In this document: positions 49,738 through 59,740 of the stretch, one piece after another | Position numbering within the stretch: position 1 is the first letter of the stretch | Layout: the number at the start of each line of letters is the position of its first letter | IMG/VR virus record: IMGVR_UViG_3300027419_000035 | Span: 1-60,381 of that record | DNA from: a virus | Taxonomy: Duplodnaviria > Caudoviricetes | Strand: one strand, 5' to 3' | DNA length: 60,381 nt | Notes under the pieces: generated by a model | Database searches by the model: none | What the model was told of the DNA's origin: nothing | Seen by the model: the letters and a program-made list of their open reading frames with translations, nothing else | Translations under genes and position numbers: made by a program

Positions 49738-49938
49738 TTATTCTCCTGTAAAATAAATTGGTTTCCAGGTTTTTCTTGTAAGTATTTCCCAGACTTCCTT
49801 TTGCTTTACTTAGATCTACAATATCGTCTGCACACATAGTAAAATCCTCATGGCAGGCAATTTACCATTTAAGTTCACAGATAACTTCATCAAAAACAGT
49901 TTTTATTTTATCTTTCTGTTCATCAGTTAATATTATGA

Positions 49939-50508
49939 TTATATCTCGTGTATTGGTTCTATAAAAGTAGCATCTTTTAATATTTTGCCATCCTTATCTT
50001 TCTTACTGCCTTTAGCATCATTATGATCACAGATAGTTCTAAGGACTTCTTCGGGATTACCACCAAGCTTCATTATTGTGCCTATAGCAATAAAACTGAT
50101 ATCACCGGAAGCATCAATCATCGCTTCCCTAATAACAGGATTCTTACCTGAATGTTCTTTAGCAAACTTAATGGATAAGCACTTTGATTCTTCACGGCTG
50201 TAACCGCAAAACTCAAAGAGTTCTTCTGCCCACATTTTTGTTTCAAGGAAATGATTAAAATTTGTATTGCAACGAAAATTATTCCATGCAATAACACGAT
50301 CAAATAAATTAGACATGTCTGCTGTAGATAATTCCGGTAGAAGTTCGATATCCTTTTCTGATACATGGAATACAGAGATACCACCGTCAATAACTTTGCA
50401 TATAAATATCAAAGGTTCTTCTGATTCAATTTCTGTTATTCTCAATTTTATATCAAGAATCTTATGTTTAACAAGTCTGCCGACTAATGATGATAGATTC
50501 TCTGTCAT
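49939..50508 (-). CDS. All-alpha NTP pyrophosphohydrolase (MazG/PRA-PH-like) with N-terminal extension
   Basis: 'EELFE', 'IDASGD', 'N.AK', 'DKDGKILK...F.EP'. Confidence 0.75.
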   Translation of the reverse strand: MTENLSSLVGRLVKHKILDIKLRITEIESEEPLIFICKVIDGGISVFHVSEKDIELLPELSTADMSNLFDRVIAWNNFRCNTNFNHFLETKMWAEELFEFCGYSREESKCLSIKFAKEHSGKNPVIREAMIDASGDISFIAIGTIMKLGGNPEEVLRTICDHNDAKGSKKDKDGKILKDATFIEPIHEI

Positions 50509-50527
50509 CTTATGTTATTCTCCTGTT

Positions 50528-50758
50528 CTAAACTGCCAAATTATTTTCATCTTCATAAATTGCCGTTACTTTAGGAGTCCCATATAACAAATCAAAATCG
50601 CCATCAAACTCATAATCTTCAATACTAGCGACACCTTCTCCATCATGAAATTTTTCCATTGCCTCTTTTTCAGAGTCGGCAATAATACGTGTCTTTTCAT
50701 ATAAATGTATTGATGCACCATTACAAAATTCTTCAAATGATATCTCAAAAATTGACAT
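50528..50758 (-). CDS. Small acidic protein
   Basis: 'IADSEKEAMEKF'. Confidence 0.5.
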   Translation of the reverse strand: MSIFEISFEEFCNGASIHLYEKTRIIADSEKEAMEKFHDGEGVASIEDYEFDGDFDLLYGTPKVTAIYEDENNLAV

Positions 50759-50767
50759 ATATCTTCC

Positions 50768-52855
50768 TTAATTTGCACCAAACAGATAACTATATCTAGA
50801 TGATGATTGTTTATTTTTAATCGCCATCAGAAGCGCCTGTTTTGATCCAATCAGAATCATTGTTTTAGCGGCTCTTGTAACAGCTGTATATAAAAGTTTT
50901 CTCTGCAGCATAATATAATGTGCCATAGTAATTGGCATAATAATACAAGGATACTCTGATCCCTGAGATTTATGAATAGTTATAGCATAAGCCAATATAA
51001 GTTCATCAAGATCACTTATATTATAATTAACAAGTTTATTATTAAAATCTATTATAATAATCTGTTCTTCTATATTCATATTAACTATAACACCGATGTC
51101 GCCGTTAAAGACCTCTTTATCATAATTGTTCTTTAGCTGCATTACCTTATCGCCAATCTTAAAATTCTTTTGTCCCGATACAGATATTTGTTCTTTATTA
51201 TTTAATACACTCTGTAAGGTTCTATTTAAATTAATAGTACCAGTCTGACTTCTATGCATAGGAGTAATTATCTGTATATCCTTTATAGGATCATATGAAT
51301 ATGTTGATGGTAACCTAAACGCACATAGATTGGCAATTATATCAGGAATTTTTGTATCATCTTTTTCTTCAATAAAGAAAAAGTCTGATTTATTATCTAT
51401 CTGAATCCATTCTCCTCTGTGTATTCTGTGGGCATTTGTAACAATCTGGCTTTCCTCAGCTTGCCTGAATATAGTTGTAAGATTCATTGTAGGAATCTTT
51501 CCATGATATATCATATCATACAAAACATTACCGGCGCCAATAGACGGTAACTGGTTGGCATCACCAACAAAGATGATAGTAGTATTTTCATCTATTGCAT
51601 TAAGTAAATGATTCATTAAAACAATATCTACCATTGATGTTTCATCAATAATAATAATATCAGCTTTAAGATAATCATCAGCATTCTTTTTAGGTTGACC
51701 ATTTGATGGATTAAATTCAAGCAAACGATGAATTGTTTTGGCTTCCATCCCAATAACTTCACTCATACGTTTGGCAGCTCTACCTGTCGGAGCAGCGAGC
51801 AAAATCTCTTTATTTAATTGACTATATGCATTAATAATACCTTTTAATGTAGTAGTCTTTCCAGTCCCAGGTCCGCCTGTTAATATCATAACATTATTTT
51901 CAAATGCCATACGTATAGCTTTAATCTGTTGAGATGAATAAAATTTTGTATCAATCCTTACTTTATTAAACTGTTTAATAAAACTTTCTGAAATCTTATG
52001 GTTGTACATTGACAATATTGATTCTACATGTCTTTCAGAATAATAGAATAATGACAGATAAAATCTTGATTCACTGATAACAATAACGCCATCATGATTC
52101 ATTTTTTTTAAAATAGAATCATATCGTGTTAAATCGATTGTTAAAATTTTCTGACATCTTTTACATAATTCTTCATATAGTAAGAATGTATGACCTTCAT
52201 TAGATGCTTCAGTAAGTACATATTCTATTCCTGATCTTATACGCAAAGGATTATCGGTACTGAACCCCATATTCATACCAACTTTGTCGGCAAACTTAAA
52301 ACCTATTCCCCAGATTTCAGTTAATTTATATGGATTTTCACTAACAATTTTTATAGAATCACGTTTATATTGATTATATATTCTTAATGCCATTGCAGAA
52401 GTAATATCATACGACTGCAGAAAAATCATAATATCTTTAACAGCTTTTTGCTCTTCCCATCCTATTTTAATTGACTCAAGTTTCGCTTTACCAATTCCAT
52501 TAATTTTGATCAACTGATTAATATCGTTATCAAGAATATTAAGTGTATTATCTTTAAATAACGCTACTATCCTTTCCGCGATGGCAGGACCGATCCCTTT
52601 AATAATGCCTGAACCAAGATATTTTTTAATACCATATTCAGTTGTTGGATAAATAATTTCATAAGAATTAATTTTGAATTGTTTCCCAAACTTTGGATGA
52701 TTACGGTATTCACCAGATAACTTCAATTTCTCACCAACCTTAATATCTGGTAAAATTCCTGTTGCGACGAGATCATTAGATAAAGCAATAATATTAAAAC
52801 CAGTATTAGTATTTTTATAAATATATTTCTCTAACGTTGCTTCTACAGTAATCAT
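50768..52855 (-). CDS. recD2: RecD2-family ATP-dependent helicase
   Basis: N-terminal OB/HhH 'KGIGP', 'GGPGTGKTT', 'APTGRAA', 'TIHRLL', 'DETSM', 'GDANQL', 'TIHKSQGSE', 'YTAVTRA'. Confidence 0.95.
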   Translation of the reverse strand: MITVEATLEKYIYKNTNTGFNIIALSNDLVATGILPDIKVGEKLKLSGEYRNHPKFGKQFKINSYEIIYPTTEYGIKKYLGSGIIKGIGPAIAERIVALFKDNTLNILDNDINQLIKINGIGKAKLESIKIGWEEQKAVKDIMIFLQSYDITSAMALRIYNQYKRDSIKIVSENPYKLTEIWGIGFKFADKVGMNMGFSTDNPLRIRSGIEYVLTEASNEGHTFLLYEELCKRCQKILTIDLTRYDSILKKMNHDGVIVISESRFYLSLFYYSERHVESILSMYNHKISESFIKQFNKVRIDTKFYSSQQIKAIRMAFENNVMILTGGPGTGKTTTLKGIINAYSQLNKEILLAAPTGRAAKRMSEVIGMEAKTIHRLLEFNPSNGQPKKNADDYLKADIIIIDETSMVDIVLMNHLLNAIDENTTIIFVGDANQLPSIGAGNVLYDMIYHGKIPTMNLTTIFRQAEESQIVTNAHRIHRGEWIQIDNKSDFFFIEEKDDTKIPDIIANLCAFRLPSTYSYDPIKDIQIITPMHRSQTGTINLNRTLQSVLNNKEQISVSGQKNFKIGDKVMQLKNNYDKEVFNGDIGVIVNMNIEEQIIIIDFNNKLVNYNISDLDELILAYAITIHKSQGSEYPCIIMPITMAHYIMLQRKLLYTAVTRAAKTMILIGSKQALLMAIKNKQSSSRYSYLFGAN

Positions 52856-52858
52856 TAA

Positions 52859-53152
52859 TTATCCATCTTTAAATTCTATTTCTTTTATTACTTTCTGAAT
52901 AGCTTTCTTGAGCGCTAAAGAATAAACATGTACTTCAGCCGCTTCAACACTGTCAAATGTTATATCTTTATAATATTCAGAACCAGAACCATCTATACCA
53001 AAATTATCCACTCTATGTTGTAAAGTGTGCCATGTCAACTTATATCTTTTCTCAAATGGATAATCAAAACGCAGCCAGTTTAATAAATTTCGCACATAAT
53101 ACTGGCGTTGGACTTTATATACATTGCCTTCCTTAATAATTCTATATTTCAT
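52859..53152 (-). CDS. Hypothetical protein
   Basis: 97 aa. Confidence 0.5.
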   Translation of the reverse strand: MKYRIIKEGNVYKVQRQYYVRNLLNWLRFDYPFEKRYKLTWHTLQHRVDNFGIDGSGSEYYKDITFDSVEAAEVHVYSLALKKAIQKVIKEIEFKDG

Positions 53153-53419
53153 TTTATTTTTCCGAATAAATCAATAATGGCTTGTCTGCCACATTCATTT
53201 AATTTACGCGTGCCTATATCTGTAAAGCTGTCAGGAAATTCAGGTAGCATATTATTATCTTCTATTACCCAGCTGTTTATCTGAAAGTATTATTCTGTTA
53301 AGTGATTTAGTTGAATGTCCCTTAAAAGAGTATGCTTTTACCTGTCATCTTTTCTTTAATGCTTTTTGTTCAAAAAGTAAATCAGTGTCGGCAGTGCAGC
53401 CTATATGTAAAATTTTCAT
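53149..53419 (-). pseudogene. Decayed SLOG/DprA-like gene remnant
   Basis: MKILHIGCTADTDLLFEQKALKKR*QVKAYSFKGH... then a frame change to ...FTDIGTRKLNECGRQAIIDLF; ATGA overlaps at both ends. Confidence 0.5.
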
Positions 53420-53688
53420 TTATCTATATTCTCATATTCTTGATTTCGTAATTCAACTACACAACCATCTTGATTAACAAAATCTGTTAATAGACATACA
53501 TCATTATTCCAGTTAGCATATAGATTATCTTTCCAATCTTCCAGATTAAAACCTTCTATATCATAATCTAATACACGTATTTTCATTCCTGCAGGTAGAT
53601 TCTCAACTTTTACAATGCCGTCTTCTAATTTTATTACAATAGTATTTGGATCAGGATTAGGTAATCTTGGTTCGTTGTCTCTACGCAT
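53416..53688 (-). CDS. Hypothetical protein, paralog A
   Basis: 'IVIKLEDGIVKVENLP..IRVLDYDIE...NDVC'. Confidence 0.6.
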   Translation of the reverse strand: MRRDNEPRLPNPDPNTIVIKLEDGIVKVENLPAGMKIRVLDYDIEGFNLEDWKDNLYANWNNDVCLLTDFVNQDGCVVELRNQEYENIDK

Positions 53689-53701
53689 TTTTATTATTCC
53701 T

Positions 53702-53959
53702 TTATTGTTTAATTATATCACTTACTATAGTATTATCTTCAAGTAAATATTCAGCAGCAGAACATACATCATTGTCACTATCTTCATAGATATATTCAGA
53801 ATCTGGATTATAATCTTCTATGTCGTAATCCAGAATACAAACTCTTACGTTTGGTGGCATTTTCTGTACATCTGCAACTCCACCCGTTATTGTAATAACC
53901 ACAGTATTATCCGATTCTGCGGGTAATTTTTTTAAATTGTCTTCAGTATAAGCTTTCAT
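53702..53959 (-). CDS. Hypothetical protein, paralog B
   Basis: 'VVITITGGVADVQKMP..VCILDYDIE...NDVC'. Confidence 0.6.
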   Translation of the reverse strand: MKAYTEDNLKKLPAESDNTVVITITGGVADVQKMPPNVRVCILDYDIEDYNPDSEYIYEDSDNDVCSAAEYLLEDNTIVSDIIKQ

Positions 53960-54052
53960 TTTATTGTTCTCCCACCTATATGTTTTATAATATCCATTTT
54001 TATTCAAAACATATGGCAGATAGACTATTATCTAACTGCCATATAATAATCA

Positions 54053-54238
54053 CTAAGTTATACTTGCATTCATCTTAAGAGCAGACAACTGTGTTTTTAC
54101 AGAATTGATGTGCTGATTAACAATTTTTGCAAGTGAATTTGCAATACCTTTATCAAGTTTACCACTTGCCAGTTCGATACGATATTTTTCAAGATCTTTC
54201 TCGAGCCTGTCAAGGGCATTTGTTTTCGCTTTTGCCAT
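54053..54238 (-). CDS. Small helical protein
   Basis: MAKAKTN...; overlaps the end of the upstream gene. Confidence 0.5.
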   Translation of the reverse strand: MAKAKTNALDRLEKDLEKYRIELASGKLDKGIANSLAKIVNQHINSVKTQLSALKMNASIT

Positions 54239-54665
54239 TAGTGGTTTGTTCCTTATTTTGTTTGTTAAGTTCCCTATTAAATAAGATTCTTTGTCGATAC
54301 GCACCTATAAGACTACCAGGAACATCGGAGCGTCTTATACCGTTATAAGTAACTATTAATGCCTTTATATACCCATTGCGCAATTGTTCACGGCCTCTTT
54401 TTCGCTGTCTGCGTTTGCTTGCTGTAACTCTTTCAGGATGTTTTGCTTTATATCGTTTACTTTCAGCGAGCCTATATGGTTTTTTGCGTATCTGGTCACA
54501 GAAGCGACAACATGTGCGGATATATCTCTTATTGTATCCCTTACGTGGATAAATACCAAAATCTGTTAAGGGCTTTACCTGTCCGCAGCCGTGTTTTCCA
54601 CTGCACTTTTTATATTCAACACCATCAATAATAAAAACGGGTTCAGCTGGTTGTCTTACACTCAT
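54210..54665 (-). CDS. Basic Zn-finger protein
   Basis: 'KKCSGKHGC...KPLTDF...CRFC'. Confidence 0.6.
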   Translation of the reverse strand: MSVRQPAEPVFIIDGVEYKKCSGKHGCGQVKPLTDFGIYPRKGYNKRYIRTCCRFCDQIRKKPYRLAESKRYKAKHPERVTASKRRQRKRGREQLRNGYIKALIVTYNGIRRSDVPGSLIGAYRQRILFNRELNKQNKEQTTNGKSENKCP

Positions 54666-54958
54666 TATTGTTCCTCTGTAACTTTAACAAAATCTGAATG
54701 AAGCTCATTCATTAACTGATAATCAGCTTCTCCAGACATAAACACTTTGCGGGCCTCTTCCGGAGTATTGGCAAAAATTCTCGCATAAAACTCATCTCTG
54801 TATGTAACAGAATATTCCGTACTACAAGAGAAAAGCCCGGATACACTTGAACAATTTGCTATCTCATTATTAATCATTTCATCTAATTTTTTATAAGCTT
54901 CATCTATACTTTGTACATCAGTAATGTCTATAAATAATCTAATCATTAGAAACTCCAA
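54665..54958 (-). CDS. Small acidic protein
   Basis: 'IFANTPEEARKVF'. Confidence 0.5.
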   Translation of the reverse strand: MEFLMIRLFIDITDVQSIDEAYKKLDEMINNEIANCSSVSGLFSCSTEYSVTYRDEFYARIFANTPEEARKVFMSGEADYQLMNELHSDFVKVTEEQ

Positions 54959-55034
54959 TAGATTTTGTTAATATAAAAACTGGCATATTATTCCTTAATT
55001 TATTATTATTGCACTAACTATATGGAAAAGCCAC

Positions 55035-55796
55035 ATGGGTAAAATACTTGCTGTTTCAATTAAAAAAGGTGGCGCAGGAAAAACCACAATCGCCATTAAT
55101 CTTTCAGTAGCCTTACAGTTATTGGGTAAAAAAGTTCTTTTAATCGACATTGATTCACAAAGAAATGCCAGTCGTGGTTTTGGAGTTGATCCAACTGATA
55201 ATCAGATTACAATACTTAAACTGATGCAGGATAACTCAATTCCAACAAGAAATGCTATACTTAAAACACAATTCGGCGTCGATATTATTCCGTCGCATAA
55301 GAAACTTGCACGGGCGGAATTGTCTATGGATCCTATGTATATGTACTTCATCAAACAGACCCTTGCGCCTATAAAAGATGAGTATGATTATATAATTATT
55401 GATACTGCTCCACAGGATCAGTACCTTACTTTAGGCTCATTAATTGCCGCAGATTATGCACTTATTCCTTTTGAAATACATCCATTTTGCTATGAAGCAA
55501 TCGATGATATGCTCGACATTATTGAAGATGTACGAAAAACCCAGAACAATTCAATAAAGGTAGCAGGTATCGTCCCTAACAAATTTCAAACTATAGTTAC
55601 ATCACAAAAAGCTTTGCTTGAAGCAGCATTAGAAAAATACAACAGTATGCTTATACAGCATTATATACCATTCCAGGTAGATATTTATAATTCACAACTT
55701 GCCGGTCAACCTCTGTATTATTACAATAAATTGCATGCCGGTGTTCAAATTTTTAATCAAATCGCACTACATCTTATAGGTATTAGCCATGAGTAA
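55035..55796 (+). CDS. parA: ParA/Soj partition ATPase
   Basis: Deviant Walker A 'KKGGAGKTT', 'LIDIDSQRNAS', 'YDYIIIDTAP'. Confidence 0.93.
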   Translation: MGKILAVSIKKGGAGKTTIAINLSVALQLLGKKVLLIDIDSQRNASRGFGVDPTDNQITILKLMQDNSIPTRNAILKTQFGVDIIPSHKKLARAELSMDPMYMYFIKQTLAPIKDEYDYIIIDTAPQDQYLTLGSLIAADYALIPFEIHPFCYEAIDDMLDIIEDVRKTQNNSIKVAGIVPNKFQTIVTSQKALLEAALEKYNSMLIQHYIPFQVDIYNSQLAGQPLYYYNKLHAGVQIFNQIALHLIGISHE

Positions 55797-56295
55797 AATT
55801 CGTAATTTCAAAGAAATTATTCAACTACAAGAAGCTAAACGTCCTCAACTCGATTCGATTCCTGATGTTTTAAGCCAAAATCCAACAAAAGAACAAATTG
55901 ATATCAATGCAAACAATGAAGTCATTGACGACAATGTAAACAACGAAGATAATGAAGGAAATAAAATATTAAATGAAGTCATTGTTGACGTTCCTTCAAA
56001 TATTAAATCTTCTAAACCCAAAAAACCCAATGCTGATTTTAAAATTAATAACTTTATTAAGTTATTAAGTGAAAAAGAAGACAGAAAGAAAAATAAAGCA
56101 GTTCAGGGTTTTTTACCTCGTGATGAATATGCAAGTTTTATAAGAGTAATGGGAAAAATTAAGACTCTTGCCGCATTAAAAGATTCAGATACCAGGACTT
56201 CCTCAACAACACTAATAAGATTAATGATAGCAGAATCATTAAATAAGATTGAAAAGGCACTGGATATAGAAACCGCATCAGAAGAGAATAAGTAG
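55789..56295 (+). CDS. Putative non-ParB centromere-binding partner of ParA
   Basis: Overlaps parA; low-complexity N-terminal half; C-terminal strand-helix-helix pattern. Confidence 0.55.
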   Translation: MSKIRNFKEIIQLQEAKRPQLDSIPDVLSQNPTKEQIDINANNEVIDDNVNNEDNEGNKILNEVIVDVPSNIKSSKPKKPNADFKINNFIKLLSEKEDRKKNKAVQGFLPRDEYASFIRVMGKIKTLAALKDSDTRTSSTTLIRLMIAESLNKIEKALDIETASEENK

Positions 56296-56346
56296 GAAGA
56301 TCACTCTCTCTTATTTTTCCTTTTTTCTTCTTCTTAAATTCAGCTA

Positions 56347-57039
56347 CTATGCAGATGGGCTTTCAATGGCGACCTCATTTATGCAATCAGACTCAGTAGA
56401 TTCATTAATAACTTCAGTCAGAATGTTATCAATAGGATTAATCAAATCCTTAGCAATATTTATTGATTGATTAAATAAAATAGCATTGTCTTTTATTGTT
56501 TCTAATTTTTCTGAGGTTGGTAAGATAATTTTATCATCTTTATTCTTCTTAATTTTATTACCAATTATTGAATACAATGTTTGTTTAGAGTTATCTATAT
56601 TGTTAATATCTTTAGAACATAAACCTACCATTAATTTTTTAGCATATTCAATTATAGTTTTTAGAGTATTAACATTTTGAAGTTTATTATAAATATTATA
56701 ACCATCCATATGATTTACAATGGTTAAATATTTTGTAGCAAAATCATATAGAAATTCATATTGCTCATTAATTAAAATTAATCTTCTTTCTTTTGCAAAG
56801 AATTTAATATTAATTGCATTAGGAATAGACATTAATTTAATGTCTTCCATATGTATTTGATTAAGAAAATGTTCTAATTCAAACAAATGACTGTTAATCA
56901 TTGCAGAAACAAGAGAGCTAATGCTAATCTTATGCTCAATTGCTAACGGAATAAATTGTAATAAGAATTTATCAAATGTAATCGGCTCTACCGTTCTAAA
57001 AATATAGGATTCTGATATGTTGATTCTGAAAAAATTCAT
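56347..57039 (-). CDS. Hypothetical protein
   Basis: 230 aa, very AT-rich; divergent from the RHH gene. Confidence 0.5.
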   Translation of the reverse strand: MNFFRINISESYIFRTVEPITFDKFLLQFIPLAIEHKISISSLVSAMINSHLFELEHFLNQIHMEDIKLMSIPNAINIKFFAKERRLILINEQYEFLYDFATKYLTIVNHMDGYNIYNKLQNVNTLKTIIEYAKKLMVGLCSKDINNIDNSKQTLYSIIGNKIKKNKDDKIILPTSEKLETIKDNAILFNQSINIAKDLINPIDNILTEVINESTESDCINEVAIESPSA

Positions 57040-57097
57040 GTGACACCTTGATTTATAGTGTTTTTTAAATTACTTTTTGTGACACATTTGTGACACA
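57039..57097. promoter_or_regulatory. TGTGACAC direct repeats (operator or centromere-like)
   Basis: Copies at 57039, 57078 and 57089; TTTGTGACACA tandem at 57076-57097; between divergent genes. Confidence 0.6.
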
Positions 57098-57104
57098 AAA
57101 TATT

Positions 57105-57305
57105 ATGAAAAAAGAACCCCTATATGCCCGTTACACATCGGATGTGCACTTTCGTATTGGCAATCAATATAAGGAAATGCTTACAAAAATCTGCGGCGCA
57201 TCGAAGAAAACCGAAAGTGATATCTGCAGAAATATATTTGAAGGAGCAATTTTACGAAGATATAAGAAGATAACTAATAATGAACAGGAATTATTACCTT
57301 TCTAA
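57105..57305 (+). CDS. Ribbon-helix-helix (CopG-like) regulator
   Basis: 'VHFRIGNQYKEMLTKIC...TESDICRNIF'. Confidence 0.65.
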   Translation: MKKEPLYARYTSDVHFRIGNQYKEMLTKICGASKKTESDICRNIFEGAILRRYKKITNNEQELLPF

Positions 57306-57530
57306 TTCTTTCAATTCAAGTTTAATGATTTTAATAAGTTTAAATCCTACTTCTTCAATAGAAATATTCACACTATCCTTGTCATTAACAGTAGCATAGA
57401 AATATATATCGGGAATAATTAACTTGTTGTCATTTACAATACAAAACATGCCATTGGACAAAAGTTAGATTTCAGCCTCTACAGGCACAGATAATACAAA
57501 AGAAGTATCAACAGTAATATTCTTAACCAT
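57294..57530 (-). pseudogene. 79-codon frame broken by a single in-frame TAA (57465-57467)
   Basis: MVKNITVDTSFVLSVPVEAEI*LLSNGMFCIVNDNK...ELER*. Confidence 0.5.
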
Positions 57531-57912
57531 TTACAACCTTTAATGTTTCTTTTAATTCTTTGGAGAAGACATCTTTATCTATACTTTTATCGTCTGTAAG
57601 CAGTCTACACATATCTTTTAATAATTTACGCATTTTATAAAAGCTATTACAAGCATGTACAATGAATTTTATATCAGTGTTACGTTCTATACCTTTATAT
57701 GCAAAATGTTTATATACAGGACCAGCAGGTCCTTCAATACCATTATTAAAGGAGTTCCAAGGTAAAGGTGAATGTTTTTGAACAAAAGATTGTTTCTTTT
57801 GTAATGACATAACATTTAACCTACGGTTTTGTTCCTTAACATGACCGGACATTATATTTCGTCCTCCATCATAAGTAATGGATACATTTTCAATACTGGA
57901 TCTTCTTCCCAA
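57523..57912 (-). CDS. Hypothetical protein (true start probably internal)
   Basis: 'HSPLPW...FIVHACN' resembles a common small phage protein. Confidence 0.5.
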   Translation of the reverse strand: MGRRSSIENVSITYDGGRNIMSGHVKEQNRRLNVMSLQKKQSFVQKHSPLPWNSFNNGIEGPAGPVYKHFAYKGIERNTDIKFIVHACNSFYKMRKLLKDMCRLLTDDKSIDKDVFSKELKETLKVVNG

Positions 57913-58040
57913 AAAATGAAAGGAGACGAATAACCATATAATTCTGCTAATCCGTATAATTCATTGTAATCCAGAAAATCCATATAATCATCAAATTGAT
58001 CTTGTAATTTTATTTCACAAAGATGCATATCACTTGCCAT
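57852..58040 (-). CDS. Small acidic protein
   Basis: 62 aa. Confidence 0.45.
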   Translation of the reverse strand: MASDMHLCEIKLQDQFDDYMDFLDYNELYGLAELYGYSSPFIFWEEDPVLKMYPLLMMEDEI

Positions 58041-58263
58041 TGTTATGTTCCTCTTGAATATTATCTTCTGATTTAAACAGAAGTTCTATTTGATTATCTA
58101 AATAAGCCTTTAAAATCTGTGTATCGTCTAAGCCTTCTATAATAATATCTACAGCATCTTGCTCAGTCCATCCGGCACATTGCAATATGTCGTTTAATTT
58201 CTGTTGTCTAAGCCAATTGATAGCATTTTCGATATCTATGTCAATTGATGTAATTTGCGGCAT
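58030..58263 (-). CDS. Hypothetical protein
   Basis: 77 aa. Confidence 0.5.
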   Translation of the reverse strand: MPQITSIDIDIENAINWLRQQKLNDILQCAGWTEQDAVDIIIEGLDDTQILKAYLDNQIELLFKSEDNIQEEHNNGK

Positions 58264-58272
58264 TCATTTTTC

Positions 58273-59058
58273 CTAGTATTCTTCTGATGCTAATTTCATT
58301 AAATATGTTCTTAAAATTTCTTTATGTAGTTCATTGGCAAAGTCTGGATCAATATTATTACGAAGTTCAGACATCATATAAGCCTGCTCAATAAGAGCAA
58401 ACTTATCATTTGCCATCTTTACAATTTCCTTATACGTAAATGTGCCTTCGCGAATAGAAATAAGTAACTGCCTTTCCGGACGCATTACCTGTACTTCTTT
58501 TTCCACAAGAGCATCAAAACACATATTAAGCAAACGCATCATATGGCTGGCATTCTTAACCGAATAGCCATACTTCTTGAATTCTTCGAGTCTCTTCTTG
58601 TTCTGGTTAATCTTCTCATTTAGTTTATTTAGCCTATTTAACTGTGCAAAAGCATAACCGCCGAATGAATGCTTTAGTTTCTTTGACAATAACTGATTTC
58701 TTACAGCAATTAACTTAGGCCATACAACACTGTCCTTGTAGACATACATCGACGGATGATGCCATAATAACTCAATTACATTTGGATTCTGCTGGACCAT
58801 AAGATGATACCATTTCTGAAAACTAAATAGCATCCCTTCAACATTATCTGCTTTTTCTTTAATTTCAATTTGTTCATTCTTAAGCATACCAAGAATATAA
58901 TCTTCGGGCGGGAGATATAATCCCATAATATCATAATCAGATTCTGATGTTTGCATACCATAGGCATGACTGCCAGTAATAGCAACACAGATCAGATAAT
59001 AGTTATTCTTACCAAATACTTCATCTAATCGATCTTTAACAATTTGACGTATTTTCAT
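58273..59058 (-). CDS. Pol-beta superfamily nucleotidyltransferase (YcgL/RlaP-like)
   Basis: 'GSHAYG...SDYD..G', 'NPNVIELLW', 'GYAFAQL', 'KNASHMMRLL', 'IREG'. Confidence 0.87.
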   Translation of the reverse strand: MKIRQIVKDRLDEVFGKNNYYLICVAITGSHAYGMQTSESDYDIMGLYLPPEDYILGMLKNEQIEIKEKADNVEGMLFSFQKWYHLMVQQNPNVIELLWHHPSMYVYKDSVVWPKLIAVRNQLLSKKLKHSFGGYAFAQLNRLNKLNEKINQNKKRLEEFKKYGYSVKNASHMMRLLNMCFDALVEKEVQVMRPERQLLISIREGTFTYKEIVKMANDKFALIEQAYMMSELRNNIDPDFANELHKEILRTYLMKLASEEY

Positions 59059-59062
59059 TAAA

Positions 59063-59308
59063 TTATTTTCTTGTTAACGGACATGGTAGTTCACATATAC
59101 ATTGATTATATATATCACAATATTCTTTAAACGTTTCATCTATATTGTTACATCCGTCAACGGCACAGTATAGATGAAGAAAAAAGTAACCATCCTTGCT
59201 TTTACTAAATTTAAATATCATTTTGGTATTGTGAATGTCACAATATTTTGGATTAGCATTATAAAAAGCAATAGCTTGTTGTACACCCTTTATTGTTTTA
59301 AATACCAT
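59063..59308 (-). CDS. Cys-rich hypothetical protein
   Basis: 81 aa. Confidence 0.5.
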   Translation of the reverse strand: MVFKTIKGVQQAIAFYNANPKYCDIHNTKMIFKFSKSKDGYFFLHLYCAVDGCNNIDETFKEYCDIYNQCICELPCPLTRK

Positions 59309-59669
59309 TAATTTTTTATTTCCTTATATATATAATAATTTTTTTCATGAACTAATTTTCTTTTGTAACCTTGAAAAACTGTAATATCAACCATGTCTCT
59401 TTACTTATTTTTATTATATTTCTTACTAAAAAATGAATTTTGCAACCCCTTACTATCAGGCAATAAAAGCATATTATGACAAACGTTACGTATCACATAC
59501 AGACTCCAACTGTATTACTGTAATCCTCAGCTACCTCCTTGGCAGGGAAGAATATATTATTTGCTGATAGATTAGTTGCAAAAACTTTTAATTAATTGTT
59601 TTATAAAATATCAGACAAGTATCTATTTTAATCTTTTATTCTTTCTTTCCATAAATTCTTCTTTGTTTA

Positions 59670-59701
59670 AAAAACAAAAGGCAGCCTTTTATGACTGCCT
59701 T
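59670..59701 (-). terminator. Intrinsic terminator
   Basis: AAGGCAG/CTGCCTT stem plus U-rich tail on the - strand. Confidence 0.7.
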
Positions 59702-59740
59702 CAAGCTATTCAGCTTATGTCTCTCGGGTAATATTTAATA

